Part shown: positions 12,578 through 21,872 of the stretch, piece by piece
How the letters are laid out: every line of letters begins with the position of its first letter
Position numbering within the stretch: position 1 is the stretch's first letter
Assembly (NCBI GenBank): GCA_026709505.1
Contig: JAPOSW010000080.1
Coordinates: 4,811-68,810, forward strand
Reading direction: 5' to 3'
DNA length: 64,000 nucleotides
Origin: Gammaproteobacteria bacterium
Lineage (GTDB): Bacteria; Pseudomonadota; Gammaproteobacteria; Arenicellales; Poriferihabitantaceae
Program-made: the position numbers and the translations under genes
The notes under the pieces: generated by a model
What the model was told of the DNA's origin: nothing
Databases searched by the model: none
What the model saw: the letters and a program-made list of their open reading frames with translations, nothing else

Positions 12578-14992
12578 ATGCAAAATCACGCAAAAGTTGT
12601 CGTCATTGGCGGCGGAGTGGTCGGATGCTCAATCCTTTTTCATCTTGCAAAATTCGGCTGGAAAGACTGCCTGCTTCTTGAACGAAATGAACTGACATCA
12701 GGATCATCCTGGCATGCGGCCGGGCAGATCCATACCATCTCTTCAGACCCGAACATCTCGAGGCTTCAAGGATACACGATTAATCTGTACCGCGAGCTTG
12801 AAGAGCTATCCGGACAATCCGTTGGAATGCACAGTACGGGCGGTTTCTACCTGGCCTCCAATCAGGACTGGTACGACTACTTGAAGCGCGAACGCTCCAA
12901 AGCCCGATACATGGGGCTGGATCAGGAATTCATTTCCCTTGATGAACTTGCCAGACTTCATCCGCTTATCGATGCCAAGCGATATTGTGCCGCTCTATGG
13001 GACCCGCTGGATGGAGATATCGACCCTTCAGGGGTGACCTATGCCTACGCCAAGTCAGCACAAACTTTCGGGGCTCAGTACCACACCCATACTCCGGTAA
13101 TAGAGACCGTCCAAAGATCTGATAAAACCTGGGATGTCGTAACCGAAAAAGGTACCATCAATGCCGAATTCGTGGTCAATGCAGGAGGACTCTGGGCGCG
13201 TGAAGTTGGGCATCTGGCAGGACTGAACCTGCCTGTACAACCGATGGAGCACCACTATCTTCTGACCGAGGATATCCCCGAGATCGTCGAGCATGGCGAG
13301 CGACTCCCGGCAGGAATCGATTACGAGGGCAATATTTACTTCCGACAGGAACAGATGGGGATGCTGCTTGGCACCTACGAGTCAACAGCTGAACCATGGT
13401 CGGTATCCGGGACCCCGCAGAATTTCGGGCATGACTTGCTGGATCCCTGCCTTGAACGCATCGAGGAGAAACTGGCAATCGGATTCGAGAGAATTCCCGC
13501 TTTGCAGCGTGCCGGCATAAGAAAAATTGTAAACGGACCCTTTACATTCGGGCCAGATGGCAATCCGATGATTGGGCCGGTGCCCGGCATGCAAAACTAC
13601 TGGGTTGCCGTTGGGGTTATGGCTGGCTTTTGCCAGGCAGGCGGAGTCGGTCTCTGTCTGGCGGAATGGATGATTGATGGTGAACCCTCGATCGATGTAT
13701 GGGCAATGGATATTGCCCGGTTTGGGAATTTCGCATCTCCCCATTACGGCACCTTGAAAGCCAAGGAAAATTATGAAAGGCGTTTCATTCTCACCTTTCC
13801 GAACGAAACCCTGCCTGTTGCGAGACGCCAGCGTACTACTTCAATTCATGATCGACTCATTGCCAAGGGAGCAGTCATGGATGCAAGCTTCGGTCTCGAG
13901 CATGCACTCTGGCTTGCAGACGGCCCGGAAGATGCATTTGAGGAATCAACGTTCCTTCGCTCTCGCGCTCATGGCTATGTTGCAAGGGAAGTCAAGGCAG
14001 TTCGCGAGGCTGTCGGTGCAATCGAGATAGCCAATTTTGCCAAGCACCTGATAACCGGAGCCGATGCCAGGGCTTTTCTAGACTCAACCCTGGCTGGCCA
14101 CATTCCAAAGCCCGGGCGCATTGCCCTGACGCCCCTTCTCACACCCAAAGGCCGACTTTATGGAGACTTGACCGTTGCGTGTCTGGATGAAAATCGATTT
14201 ATGCTATTTGGGTCGGGAACCTTCCAGATCGCTCATCGTCGGTATCTTGAGGGTTTACTTGAATCCAGCAGTCATGACGTGCGCTATCGGAATGTCTCAA
14301 GCCACTATCATGGAATTGCCCTTTCAGGACCGCTTTCAAGAGACTTGCTGGAACAGATTTGCCGAGAAGATGTAGGCTCAGAAAGCTTGAAGTTCCGCGA
14401 TATTCGTGAAACCCATGTGGGCGGCGTACCCGCAAAACTGCTGCGTTTGTCGTTTTCCGGTGAGCTGGGATATGAAGTCTATGTCGAACCCGAATACCAG
14501 CTCAAGCTGTTTGAGGAAATTGAAGCTACGGGAATTGATCTTGGTCTTCGCTGGTATGGCGCACGGGCGCTCATGAGTCTCAGGCTTGAAAAAGGCTGGG
14601 GGGTTTGGGGGCTTGATTATCGACCTGACTTTACCGCCTCGGAATCCGGTCTTGATGTGTTCATAAACTGGGACAAGAACTTCATTGGCAAGGAAGCTAC
14701 GCTTCGTGAACGCCAGACAGGTCCTGAAAAGAAGCTGGTCACGCTATCGGTTGACAGCGATATCGATGTCAGTAATGATGAGGCAATCTGCAAAGACAGA
14801 GAATGCGTGGGGTATGTGACATCAGGCGGCTATGCACACCATGTCGGACTTTCGATGGCACTTGGCTATATTCCGACTCAACTTGCAGAAGATGGAGAAT
14901 CACTGGAAGTCGAGATTAACGGAAAAATGGTTCCGGCGAAGGTACATGCGAGAGCTCTGTATGATCCCAATGGGGAATTGCTGAAATCCTGA
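12578..14992 (+). CDS. dimethylglycine/sarcosine dehydrogenase-family FAD oxidoreductase with C-terminal GcvT (folate-binding) domain
   Basis: 804 aa. It has an N-terminal VVVIGGGVVGCS dinucleotide fold and a covalent-FAD style SSWHAAG. The C-terminal half is aminomethyltransferase-like. Confidence 0.85.
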   Translation: MQNHAKVVVIGGGVVGCSILFHLAKFGWKDCLLLERNELTSGSSWHAAGQIHTISSDPNISRLQGYTINLYRELEELSGQSVGMHSTGGFYLASNQDWYDYLKRERSKARYMGLDQEFISLDELARLHPLIDAKRYCAALWDPLDGDIDPSGVTYAYAKSAQTFGAQYHTHTPVIETVQRSDKTWDVVTEKGTINAEFVVNAGGLWAREVGHLAGLNLPVQPMEHHYLLTEDIPEIVEHGERLPAGIDYEGNIYFRQEQMGMLLGTYESTAEPWSVSGTPQNFGHDLLDPCLERIEEKLAIGFERIPALQRAGIRKIVNGPFTFGPDGNPMIGPVPGMQNYWVAVGVMAGFCQAGGVGLCLAEWMIDGEPSIDVWAMDIARFGNFASPHYGTLKAKENYERRFILTFPNETLPVARRQRTTSIHDRLIAKGAVMDASFGLEHALWLADGPEDAFEESTFLRSRAHGYVAREVKAVREAVGAIEIANFAKHLITGADARAFLDSTLAGHIPKPGRIALTPLLTPKGRLYGDLTVACLDENRFMLFGSGTFQIAHRRYLEGLLESSSHDVRYRNVSSHYHGIALSGPLSRDLLEQICREDVGSESLKFRDIRETHVGGVPAKLLRLSFSGELGYEVYVEPEYQLKLFEEIEATGIDLGLRWYGARALMSLRLEKGWGVWGLDYRPDFTASESGLDVFINWDKNFIGKEATLRERQTGPEKKLVTLSVDSDIDVSNDEAICKDRECVGYVTSGGYAHHVGLSMALGYIPTQLAEDGESLEVEINGKMVPAKVHARALYDPNGELLKS

Positions 14993-15045
14993 CTTTGCCG
15001 GCCAGCAGGTTCCAGTGCCGCGGATGCAGATTAGACAGACTGAAA

Positions 15046-16008
15046 TTACTGCATTTTCTTCCGGTGGTCTACGCATTCGGCAAGCAGGCAGAGAATCTCG
15101 AACATCATCGTCGCCCCGACCAAGGCCGTATTTCCGCTCGGGTCAAACGGAGGGGAAACTTCAACCACATCACCCCCCACGAGATTCAAGCCTTGCAGAC
15201 CCCTCAGCATCATTTGCGCTTCAAGGGTACTGTATCCTCCGACCTCGGGTGTGCCGGTGCCGGGTGCGTATACCGGATCCAGGGCATCAACATCAAAGCT
15301 GATATAGGTTGGTCCATCACCAACAATCTGCCTTGCTTCCTTGACGACCTTCTTCCAGCCCATCTCGAAATATTCTTCAATATAAATGACCCGCATACCC
15401 GAGTCATGACTGAATTTCCAGACATCCGGATCATTCAGCGAGCCACGAATGCCAATCTGTATTGTCCTTTTCGGATCCAGCAATCCCTCATCGACTGCGA
15501 TCTTGAATGGAGCCCCATGGTGGAATCGGGAACCCAAGTAGTCATCTCCGGTATCGCAATGGGCATCGAAGTGAACCAGTCCAACCGGACGCTCTCGGGC
15601 AATTGCCCTGAAAATTGGCAAGGTGATCGAATGATCACCACCTGCTGACAAGGGTAAAATTCCAGCCTTGTGGACTCTGCTGTAGAACCCCTCGATTTCC
15701 TTGTGACTGCCTTCAAGCGTAAACGGTTTTTGAACCCAGGCATCCCCAATATCCCGCACAGTGCACAACTCGTGCGGAAATATTCCCGTTGCCTGATTCA
15801 TTTTTCGAATCAGGCTGGATTGGTTGCGGATTTCTCTGGGTCCATGCCGGGCACCTGTTCGATTGGTGACTCCACCGTCAAACGGCACGCCTATCAGTCC
15901 AATATCGACACCCTGAAAGTTCTCGACATAGGGAACTCGCATGAAACTTGGTAGACCTGTATAACGAGGTCTTGTGATGGGGTCTTCAAATTCGGGATAG
16001 TCTGTCAT
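15046..16008 (-). CDS. agmatinase/guanidino-acid hydrolase (ureohydrolase family)
   Basis: Started at the internal ATG 16008 (MTDYPEF...), giving 320 aa. Arginase-fold Mn motifs are present: GGDHS, HFDAHCD, SFDVDALDP. Confidence 0.85.
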   Translation of the reverse strand: MTDYPEFEDPITRPRYTGLPSFMRVPYVENFQGVDIGLIGVPFDGGVTNRTGARHGPREIRNQSSLIRKMNQATGIFPHELCTVRDIGDAWVQKPFTLEGSHKEIEGFYSRVHKAGILPLSAGGDHSITLPIFRAIARERPVGLVHFDAHCDTGDDYLGSRFHHGAPFKIAVDEGLLDPKRTIQIGIRGSLNDPDVWKFSHDSGMRVIYIEEYFEMGWKKVVKEARQIVGDGPTYISFDVDALDPVYAPGTGTPEVGGYSTLEAQMMLRGLQGLNLVGGDVVEVSPPFDPSGNTALVGATMMFEILCLLAECVDHRKKMQ

Positions 16009-16433
16009 CAGCTGTTTTCTTGCATTGAGCACCCTCGGCCAAAGTTTTTGTATTCTGCCACAAGCACAGCAAAGTTGACAATACACAGATTGTCCGAAAA
16101 TACATGAACAGCCTCACATAGCCTGCTTGCTAGACGCGCGGGCTTCGAAATCTTCAAGTCAATATTGCCAATAACTAGACAGTCCGTATCGTTGCTACAG
16201 GCTGGTCGGCATAGCGAAACCGCAGACGACGGATTTCATTGCCGTCGGATAGCTTCTGGCAGCTCTTTTTCAACTGATTTCCATAATCCCCTGCTTGATT
16301 AACACATTTTGCCAGATGGTTGTAGCCTGAGAATTCCAGACAGGCTATCTCTACCAATGGTAGACTTGATCGCCAAAGGCTACTTCCTACTGCATATAAC
16401 TCTGGGCATACCCGGAATTAGACTTCCCCTGCA

Positions 16434-16919
16434 TCACTTCAAATTCTTAAACAGTCTGTCGTTGTAGATATCATCAGTAATACCTACAAGCCTGATATTG
16501 TCACGATCAGGGTGCAATGGGTTCATCACGCAACAGTCCCAGTCTAATGAAGCAGGAACCGCACAACTAGGCACTGCCATAAACAGCGATGCATTAGACT
16601 TCAGCCACTCGGATCCGAGAGATTGAGTCGTGTCGGGGTAGGGAAAGTCACGCCAGTCTTTATTCAGATACCCAAGACTGACAACTCTGGGATTGAATAA
16701 GGAGTCATCAATCTCGTAAGTACCAAGCCGCATTGATTTGAGAATATGACGGGGACTGCCAAGATAGTTTCCCATCTCCAGAAGCGCTATTGCCGGGCTG
16801 ATTGCAAAGTATACGACCGGATGACCAGGGTAGTTCCAACGACCACCATACTTGTAACTCGTACCAATGCCGGATAAATCATCCAGATACTTTTTCTTGG
16901 CGATTCTGTAAAGCAGCAC
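16434..16919 (-). CDS. RES-domain toxin (NAD+-targeting type II toxin family)
   Basis: 161 aa with LYRI...YGGRWN..G.PVVY.A.SPA.ALLE.. typical of the RES domain. Its start overlaps the upstream antitoxin stop by 1 nt. Confidence 0.8.
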   Translation of the reverse strand: MLLYRIAKKKYLDDLSGIGTSYKYGGRWNYPGHPVVYFAISPAIALLEMGNYLGSPRHILKSMRLGTYEIDDSLFNPRVVSLGYLNKDWRDFPYPDTTQSLGSEWLKSNASLFMAVPSCAVPASLDWDCCVMNPLHPDRDNIRLVGITDDIYNDRLFKNLK

Positions 16920-17491
16920 TAACTGAATTCGCCTTGCTCAATTCTTTCAAGTGTACTACGGACAAGTCCTCTACCTCTGAAAGTGGTACACAACTCGATT
17001 GGCTTACAGCCAAGTGCAACAATTGGGCTGGAAAGCCACTCCTCTGCAATATCCTTGTGCTCAAACACCTCTCGGGCCAGAGCGAAGACATGCAGAGTGT
17101 CCAGAACCTGCTCTGCCTGAAGGTCATTTAGTCTGTTTTTTTTGTAGAGCCTGGAGAAATTGGAGCTGCTACTACCCATCAATGAAACAAAAAAGTCGCG
17201 GTTGCCGGTTTCCTCCACTGCCGTGCGCAATACATCCCCAGACACTCCTTGACGCACTTTTTGAATGAACGCGCTAGAGTTGCGGAACACTTTCCTTTCG
17301 ATTCCAAATACTTTACCCGTTGTCCTGGGATTGCGAGCTTTTCGATCTGCCTTTTGGTCTATTGAATGATCAAGACCAGCACCCTTAATCCTCTTCTTCG
17401 CATGTTGACCGGGAAAATTGCCGGCATTCACTATTGCGTGGTCGACTTTTTTTGCAATGACAGTGTTTTCTGATCGTGTGGACATGGTCAA
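16919..17491 (-). CDS. Xre/MbcA/ParS-like antitoxin (DUF2384-type toxin-binding C-terminus)
   Basis: 190 aa. The C-terminus (..AREVFEHKDIAEEWLSSPIVALGCKPIELCTTFRGRGLVRSTLERIEQGEFS) matches the ParS/MbcA pattern. The N-terminal ~60 aa form an unusually basic extension. Confidence 0.7.
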   Translation of the reverse strand: MTMSTRSENTVIAKKVDHAIVNAGNFPGQHAKKRIKGAGLDHSIDQKADRKARNPRTTGKVFGIERKVFRNSSAFIQKVRQGVSGDVLRTAVEETGNRDFFVSLMGSSSSNFSRLYKKNRLNDLQAEQVLDTLHVFALAREVFEHKDIAEEWLSSPIVALGCKPIELCTTFRGRGLVRSTLERIEQGEFS

Positions 17492-17782
17492 TCCTGCTTA
17501 ATCCTGAAAACCAAAGTATACATCATATTGATGTGCTTATTCGTCATACTTACGAATACATTTCCAACATCAAGGAGAAACATGGATAATTGCAGGATGT
17601 GCCGAGAAATTTTTCGATATACGGGAATGGGCCTGCAGTTATGTTGCATGCAGAATTTCGCTCGAAGATTCATGCACACAAATCCGAATCCCGGCGCAAC
17701 GAAACAGTACCGAGAGTATGATCAATCTGTCTCAATATTTCAGAGCATGAATCCCTGTTTTCAGAAAACCCCTCAACAGGCT

Positions 17783-18607
17783 TCAGCAGACCTCGACTTC
17801 ATATCCAGCAAACTTGCGGAGATTGACTACTCCGCAATCCATGATCAGGTACTGCCCCTTTATACCCATCAGCCTCCCGGAGATTTTGTTCTGCCTGTGA
17901 AGATTGAGTGCAGCAATTTTATCGGGATAGGTTTCAACCGGATAATTGATAGTGACCGGATTCTCCTCCAATAACTCAAACATGAAGTCCGGATGAAGAC
18001 TGCGTAAATCATCAAGCTCATGTTTGACTAACTGATAGATCGATGCCTTGTACTCCCGCATATCGACCTCTTCTGGATTTCCCTTTAACATCTTTCTCCA
18101 GTCAGTCCGATCACTCAGGTGTTTCCCAACGACCACTTCAATCAAACCCGAATGAAACCGGCTTTTGACCCTGAACATGGCAACCGCCTGCCTGGCCCCT
18201 TGATCTATCCATCGGGTCGGAATCTGACTTGAACGGGTAATACCGACCTTTATCCCTGAGGTATTGGAAAGATAGACAATATGATCCTGCATGCAGTGAT
18301 TGTCAGCCCACTCGTAGTCCCTACATGTTCCATGGCGATAATGACACGTTTCAGGCTTCAGGATGCACATGTCACACTCTGCAAGAGACCTGAAGCAGGG
18401 GTAGCAGTATCCTTGGTTGAACGTTTTTGCTATTGATCTTCCGCAAGCAATGCACTGGATGTTGCCAGTGAATCGAATCGCCAGATGACTGCCGACTCGG
18501 TCCGAGACAGGGAACAGGCTTTCTCCAACCGGCATCTGATATTGCACATGCTCATGCAATCGAGCCTTCATTTTCCGCACTATGCCTGTCAAAGATTGCC
18601 TATTCAT
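17783..18607 (-). CDS. DUF2797-family zinc-ribbon protein
   Basis: C.ACGR....FNQGYCYPCF..LAECD.C...PE.CHY..GTCRD..W...HC and a C-terminal GIKGQYLIMDCGVVNLRKFAGYEV. I chose the start at ATG 18607; the track ORF extends to 18664. Confidence 0.75.
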   Translation of the reverse strand: MNRQSLTGIVRKMKARLHEHVQYQMPVGESLFPVSDRVGSHLAIRFTGNIQCIACGRSIAKTFNQGYCYPCFRSLAECDMCILKPETCHYRHGTCRDYEWADNHCMQDHIVYLSNTSGIKVGITRSSQIPTRWIDQGARQAVAMFRVKSRFHSGLIEVVVGKHLSDRTDWRKMLKGNPEEVDMREYKASIYQLVKHELDDLRSLHPDFMFELLEENPVTINYPVETYPDKIAALNLHRQNKISGRLMGIKGQYLIMDCGVVNLRKFAGYEVEVC

Positions 18608-18845
18608 AAAATGACCACATGTTCGCTTTGATACGTCAAGTCCACGCAATAGGTTTATCCTCAAACCCAGTTCCCCATTATCATTGAGAATGACTGCAGG
18701 AATAGGCCCCGTTTACTTTCGACGGTCAAGGGGTTTTGCCATGTCCACACAGGATTTCTGCCTGCCTCAATGTCAAAGGATATGTTCATCTCAATTTATG
18801 GTGATAAAATTAGCTTGCCATATTCTATTTCGCAGTAGTTCATCC

Positions 18846-19170
18846 ATGAATAGTAAAGAAGCAATCAAGAATCATTTCTATTCGCTGATTGAATTTTCTG
18901 GGGAAGATCCTGGACAGGAAGGGCTACAGGGAACATCCCTCCAGATCTGCGAAAGCACTTGAGAATCTACCTAGTGGTTATCACTAAAGTCCTGTTGAAT
19001 TGGTTCATAATGCCATCTTCGAAACGGATAATAACGAGATGGCTATTATCAAGAATATCGAATTCTATTTGCTCTTTGAATACCACTTATTGCCGCTCAT
19101 TTGCATGTGCCATATTGCCGACATGTACGCTCGACAATGGCAGATTAACCAATTCCAGACAATCCAACTG
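18846..19170 (+). pseudogene. folE: GTP cyclohydrolase I (folE) relic: frameshifted, with an in-frame stop, mutated active-site residues and a truncated 3' end
   Basis: Frame 0 reads ..IEFSGEDPGQEGLQGTS.. (compare GEDPNREGLLDTP). Frame 1 reads ENLPSGYH*SPVE..FETDNNEMAIIKNIEFYLLFEYHLLPLICMCHIA (compare FSG...DEMV.VKDI.F.S.CEHHLLPF.GKAH.AY). CEHH has become FEYH. Only about the first 110 codons remain. Confidence 0.55.
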
Positions 19171-19172
19171 AC

Positions 19173-19352
19173 ATGGAACTATGGGAAAAAATTATCATTG
19201 GCATACTGATGCTATTGGTTTTGTTGTGGTTTCTACCCGGCACACGGAACATGATCGAGGCCAGCAAGGATGCGCCCAAGGACTGGAAGGGCTTTCTGAT
19301 ACCGATGGGGGGAGTAATCCTGTTCATTGTCTTTTTGATCCTCACGCTTTAG
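19173..19352 (+). CDS. small two-TM membrane protein (59 aa)
   Basis: Below the track threshold. My translation is MELWEKIIIGILMLLVLLWFLPGTRNMIEASKDAPKDWKGFLIPMGGVILFIVFLILTL*. It has two hydrophobic helices and no recognised family. Confidence 0.35.
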   Translation: MELWEKIIIGILMLLVLLWFLPGTRNMIEASKDAPKDWKGFLIPMGGVILFIVFLILTL

Positions 19353-19575
19353 GTAAATTGACAGTTCTGCAATCGAATTGAGTTGTAGCAAACTTGGCAT
19401 TCCAAGCAGTCACGCTAGAGCAAAAGCCCAAAAGGAGCATTTCTTTTCTTTGACTATAATCGAAAAATAAGGGATACTAATCAGTGTGAAAAAGAATAGG
19501 CTTTTGTTTCGATCACATCAGCCTCGCTTTCGAGTATATAAATTCAACAAATATTACTAGTTTTTACGGAGTTCC

Positions 19576-20784
19576 ATGATGAAACGTCGAGATCTATTGA
19601 TCGGAGCTGCCGGAGGTACTGTAACTGCCGCAGCAGTTACTCTATCCGGCTGCACCGACGATAAGGCTGCCAAGCAAGCACAAGAAGAGGCTTCGCGACT
19701 CAAAACCGAACTTGAACTTGCCCAGGCGGAAATTGAACAGCTGAAGCAGGCTGCTGTCGAAGCCCCTGCTGTTGTACCCGAGCGCGTGGAAATCGCCATT
19801 GTCTCAACTTGGCCAAGAGACTTTCCAGGCCTTGGTACAGGTGCCCAGCGCTTCGCTGATCGCTTGACCACCATGAGCGAAGGAAGATTCGTGGTTGAAT
19901 ACTTCTCAGCGGGAGAGAGAGTCGGCGCATTTGACTCTTTTGACGAGGTTGCTTCCGGCAATGCCCAAATCTACCACGGAGCAGACTATTACTGGAAAGG
20001 CAAACACCCTGGATGGGCTTACTTCACAGCAGTGCCTTTTGGGCTTACCTACACCGAAATCAATGCCTGGATCCGATTTGGTGGAGGACAGGAACTGTGG
20101 GATGAACTGGCTGGAGAGTATGGATTGAAAAACCTGATGTGCGGCAATACTGGCGTGCAAATGGGAGGCTGGTTCCGCAAGGAAATGAATTCTGCCGCAG
20201 ATTTCAGAGGCCTGAAAATGCGTATTCCGGGACTCGGTGGCGATGTACTCGCAAAACTGGGCGCCTCTCCGGTTTCACTGCCTGGAAGCCAGATTTACGA
20301 GAACCTGATCTCCGGCGCGGTTGATGCTACAGAATGGGTCGGCCCATGGAATGATGAAATCATGAAATTCTATGAAGCCGCCAAGTTCTATTACTTCCCG
20401 GGCATGCATGAGCCAGGTGCCATGCTTGCCGCAGGCATAAACAAGGCATTCTGGGACGGACTGTCAGATACAGACAAGACAATCATAGAATCAGCAGCCA
20501 GTGCCGAGAATGACGTCATGATGTCAGAATACAACGCAAAGAACGGTGATGCACTGGCTCGATTGATTAGCGATCAAGGCATCCAGCTCAAACGCTTCAG
20601 CGATGATATTTATGACTCATTCGGTGAAGCTGCTGCCGAAGTGTTCGCCGAAACCGTTGCTCATAGTGATCTGGCAAGAAGAATTCACGAAAGCTTTGAA
20701 AATGCCCGCAACAAAGTCGGTGGCTGGGCGAAGATTTCGGACCAGGAATATATGCGCCAACGCAACAGAGTGTTGGGACTCTAG
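19576..20784 (+). CDS. TRAP substrate-binding protein (COG4663/FcbT1-like) with Tat-like motif, lipobox and heptad linker
   Basis: 402 aa. The N-terminus is MMKRRDLLIGAAGGTVTAAAVTLSGC, followed by AKQAQEEASRLKTELELAQAEIEQLKQAAVEAP. The SBP core is paralogous to the 30893-31993 product. Confidence 0.85.
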   Translation: MMKRRDLLIGAAGGTVTAAAVTLSGCTDDKAAKQAQEEASRLKTELELAQAEIEQLKQAAVEAPAVVPERVEIAIVSTWPRDFPGLGTGAQRFADRLTTMSEGRFVVEYFSAGERVGAFDSFDEVASGNAQIYHGADYYWKGKHPGWAYFTAVPFGLTYTEINAWIRFGGGQELWDELAGEYGLKNLMCGNTGVQMGGWFRKEMNSAADFRGLKMRIPGLGGDVLAKLGASPVSLPGSQIYENLISGAVDATEWVGPWNDEIMKFYEAAKFYYFPGMHEPGAMLAAGINKAFWDGLSDTDKTIIESAASAENDVMMSEYNAKNGDALARLISDQGIQLKRFSDDIYDSFGEAAAEVFAETVAHSDLARRIHESFENARNKVGGWAKISDQEYMRQRNRVLGL

Positions 20785-20840
20785 GCACTGACTGATTCCA
20801 GTATGATGCCCGACGACGATGTCTGATATGACTTCGTTCG

Positions 20841-21869
20841 TTGGGCTTCTTTTTTTTGACATCCGTGTCGAAGATACATCTTCGCTCTGACCTGTTTTTG
20901 AGATTTGCCGCAGCACTCGGGGTGATTGCGGTCTTTCTGTTTCTATCTGATAACTTCCTGATCTATTGGTTCGAGCAACCGGGACTTCGGGTATTTCTCG
21001 GCCATCTCGGGCTGCTTGCGCCTCCTTCTTCAGCACTCACCAGCAGTCAAGTTCTTTCTGGCTGGATACAACTCTCAGGGTTTGTTCTGATTCTTGTCGG
21101 CATTGGCTTACTGTGCGCTCTTTCACCGAACAGATCTCTGAAGGATGATGCTCGACTCTATACGTGTGTCGCCGCATATATAGTTCGGGCGGCATTTTGG
21201 GCAGTGCTCCTGATCGGCATTGTAGACGGACTGATCTCCTTCCTTCGAGTGGAAGGCTTCCTGTCCATGCTGATCGGCGATCATTTGGCAACCCAGTTAG
21301 GGCGTTCCATCTTTCGAGGGACGTACGTTCATTATCCACTGCTGGCTATCGGCGCATTGATTGCCCTGTATCATCGTGGATTGGGATTCACCTGGCTTGC
21401 GCTTCTGATTGTTGCCGCAGAATTCTCGATCGTCATTACTCGTTTCATCTTTTCTTATGAACAGGCCTTTATGGGCGACCTTGTACGCTTCTGGTATGCC
21501 GGCCTGTTCCTGTTTGCCAGTGCATACACGCTAGTGCATGATGGGCATGTAAGGGTTGATGTCTTCTACACCAACTTCACGCCTCGAGGAAAAGCCATCT
21601 CCAATATCTTTGGATCTCTTCTCCTGGGACTGCCCCTTTGCTGGAATATTCTGTATCAGGGCATGCATGGCAAAGGCAGCGCCATCAACAGTCCGCTTCT
21701 CAGCTTTGAAATCTCGCAGAGCGGATTTGGCATGTATACAAAATATCTGATGGCGGGTTACTTGATTGTCTTTGCGGCAAGCATGGCCATTCAGTTCACT
21801 GCACTGCTGCTTGAGAGCATATCAGATTTTCGATCGCCGTCCAACGAATCCACCACAAGCAAGGCCTGA
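20841..21869 (+). CDS. TRAP small permease (DctQ/FcbT2-like) with ~180-aa N-terminal multi-TM extension
   Basis: 342 aa; the start is uncertain (TTG 20841, no ATG until far downstream). The C-terminal ~160 aa align to the 191-aa DctQ at 32077 (..AYTL..DGHVR.DV.Y..). The N-terminal half has about 4 additional hydrophobic segments. Confidence 0.7.
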   Translation: MGFFFLTSVSKIHLRSDLFLRFAAALGVIAVFLFLSDNFLIYWFEQPGLRVFLGHLGLLAPPSSALTSSQVLSGWIQLSGFVLILVGIGLLCALSPNRSLKDDARLYTCVAAYIVRAAFWAVLLIGIVDGLISFLRVEGFLSMLIGDHLATQLGRSIFRGTYVHYPLLAIGALIALYHRGLGFTWLALLIVAAEFSIVITRFIFSYEQAFMGDLVRFWYAGLFLFASAYTLVHDGHVRVDVFYTNFTPRGKAISNIFGSLLLGLPLCWNILYQGMHGKGSAINSPLLSFEISQSGFGMYTKYLMAGYLIVFAASMAIQFTALLLESISDFRSPSNESTTSKA

Positions 21870-21872
21870 TCA

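Noticed and set aside
16175-16357. 60-aa minus-strand ORF downstream of the RES toxin, a possible third gene of the module.
   Set aside because: It starts at TTG with no SD, lies 76 nt from the toxin stop and has no family resemblance.
17528-17974. Plus-strand ORF with a very good SD (AAGGAGAAAC-ATG at 17581) encoding a Cys-rich N-terminus (MDNCRMCREIF...).
   Set aside because: Its last ~190 nt run antisense through the conserved C-terminus of the DUF2797 gene, and the sequence matches no family I know. A short translated uORF-like peptide cannot be excluded, but I cannot support a gene call.
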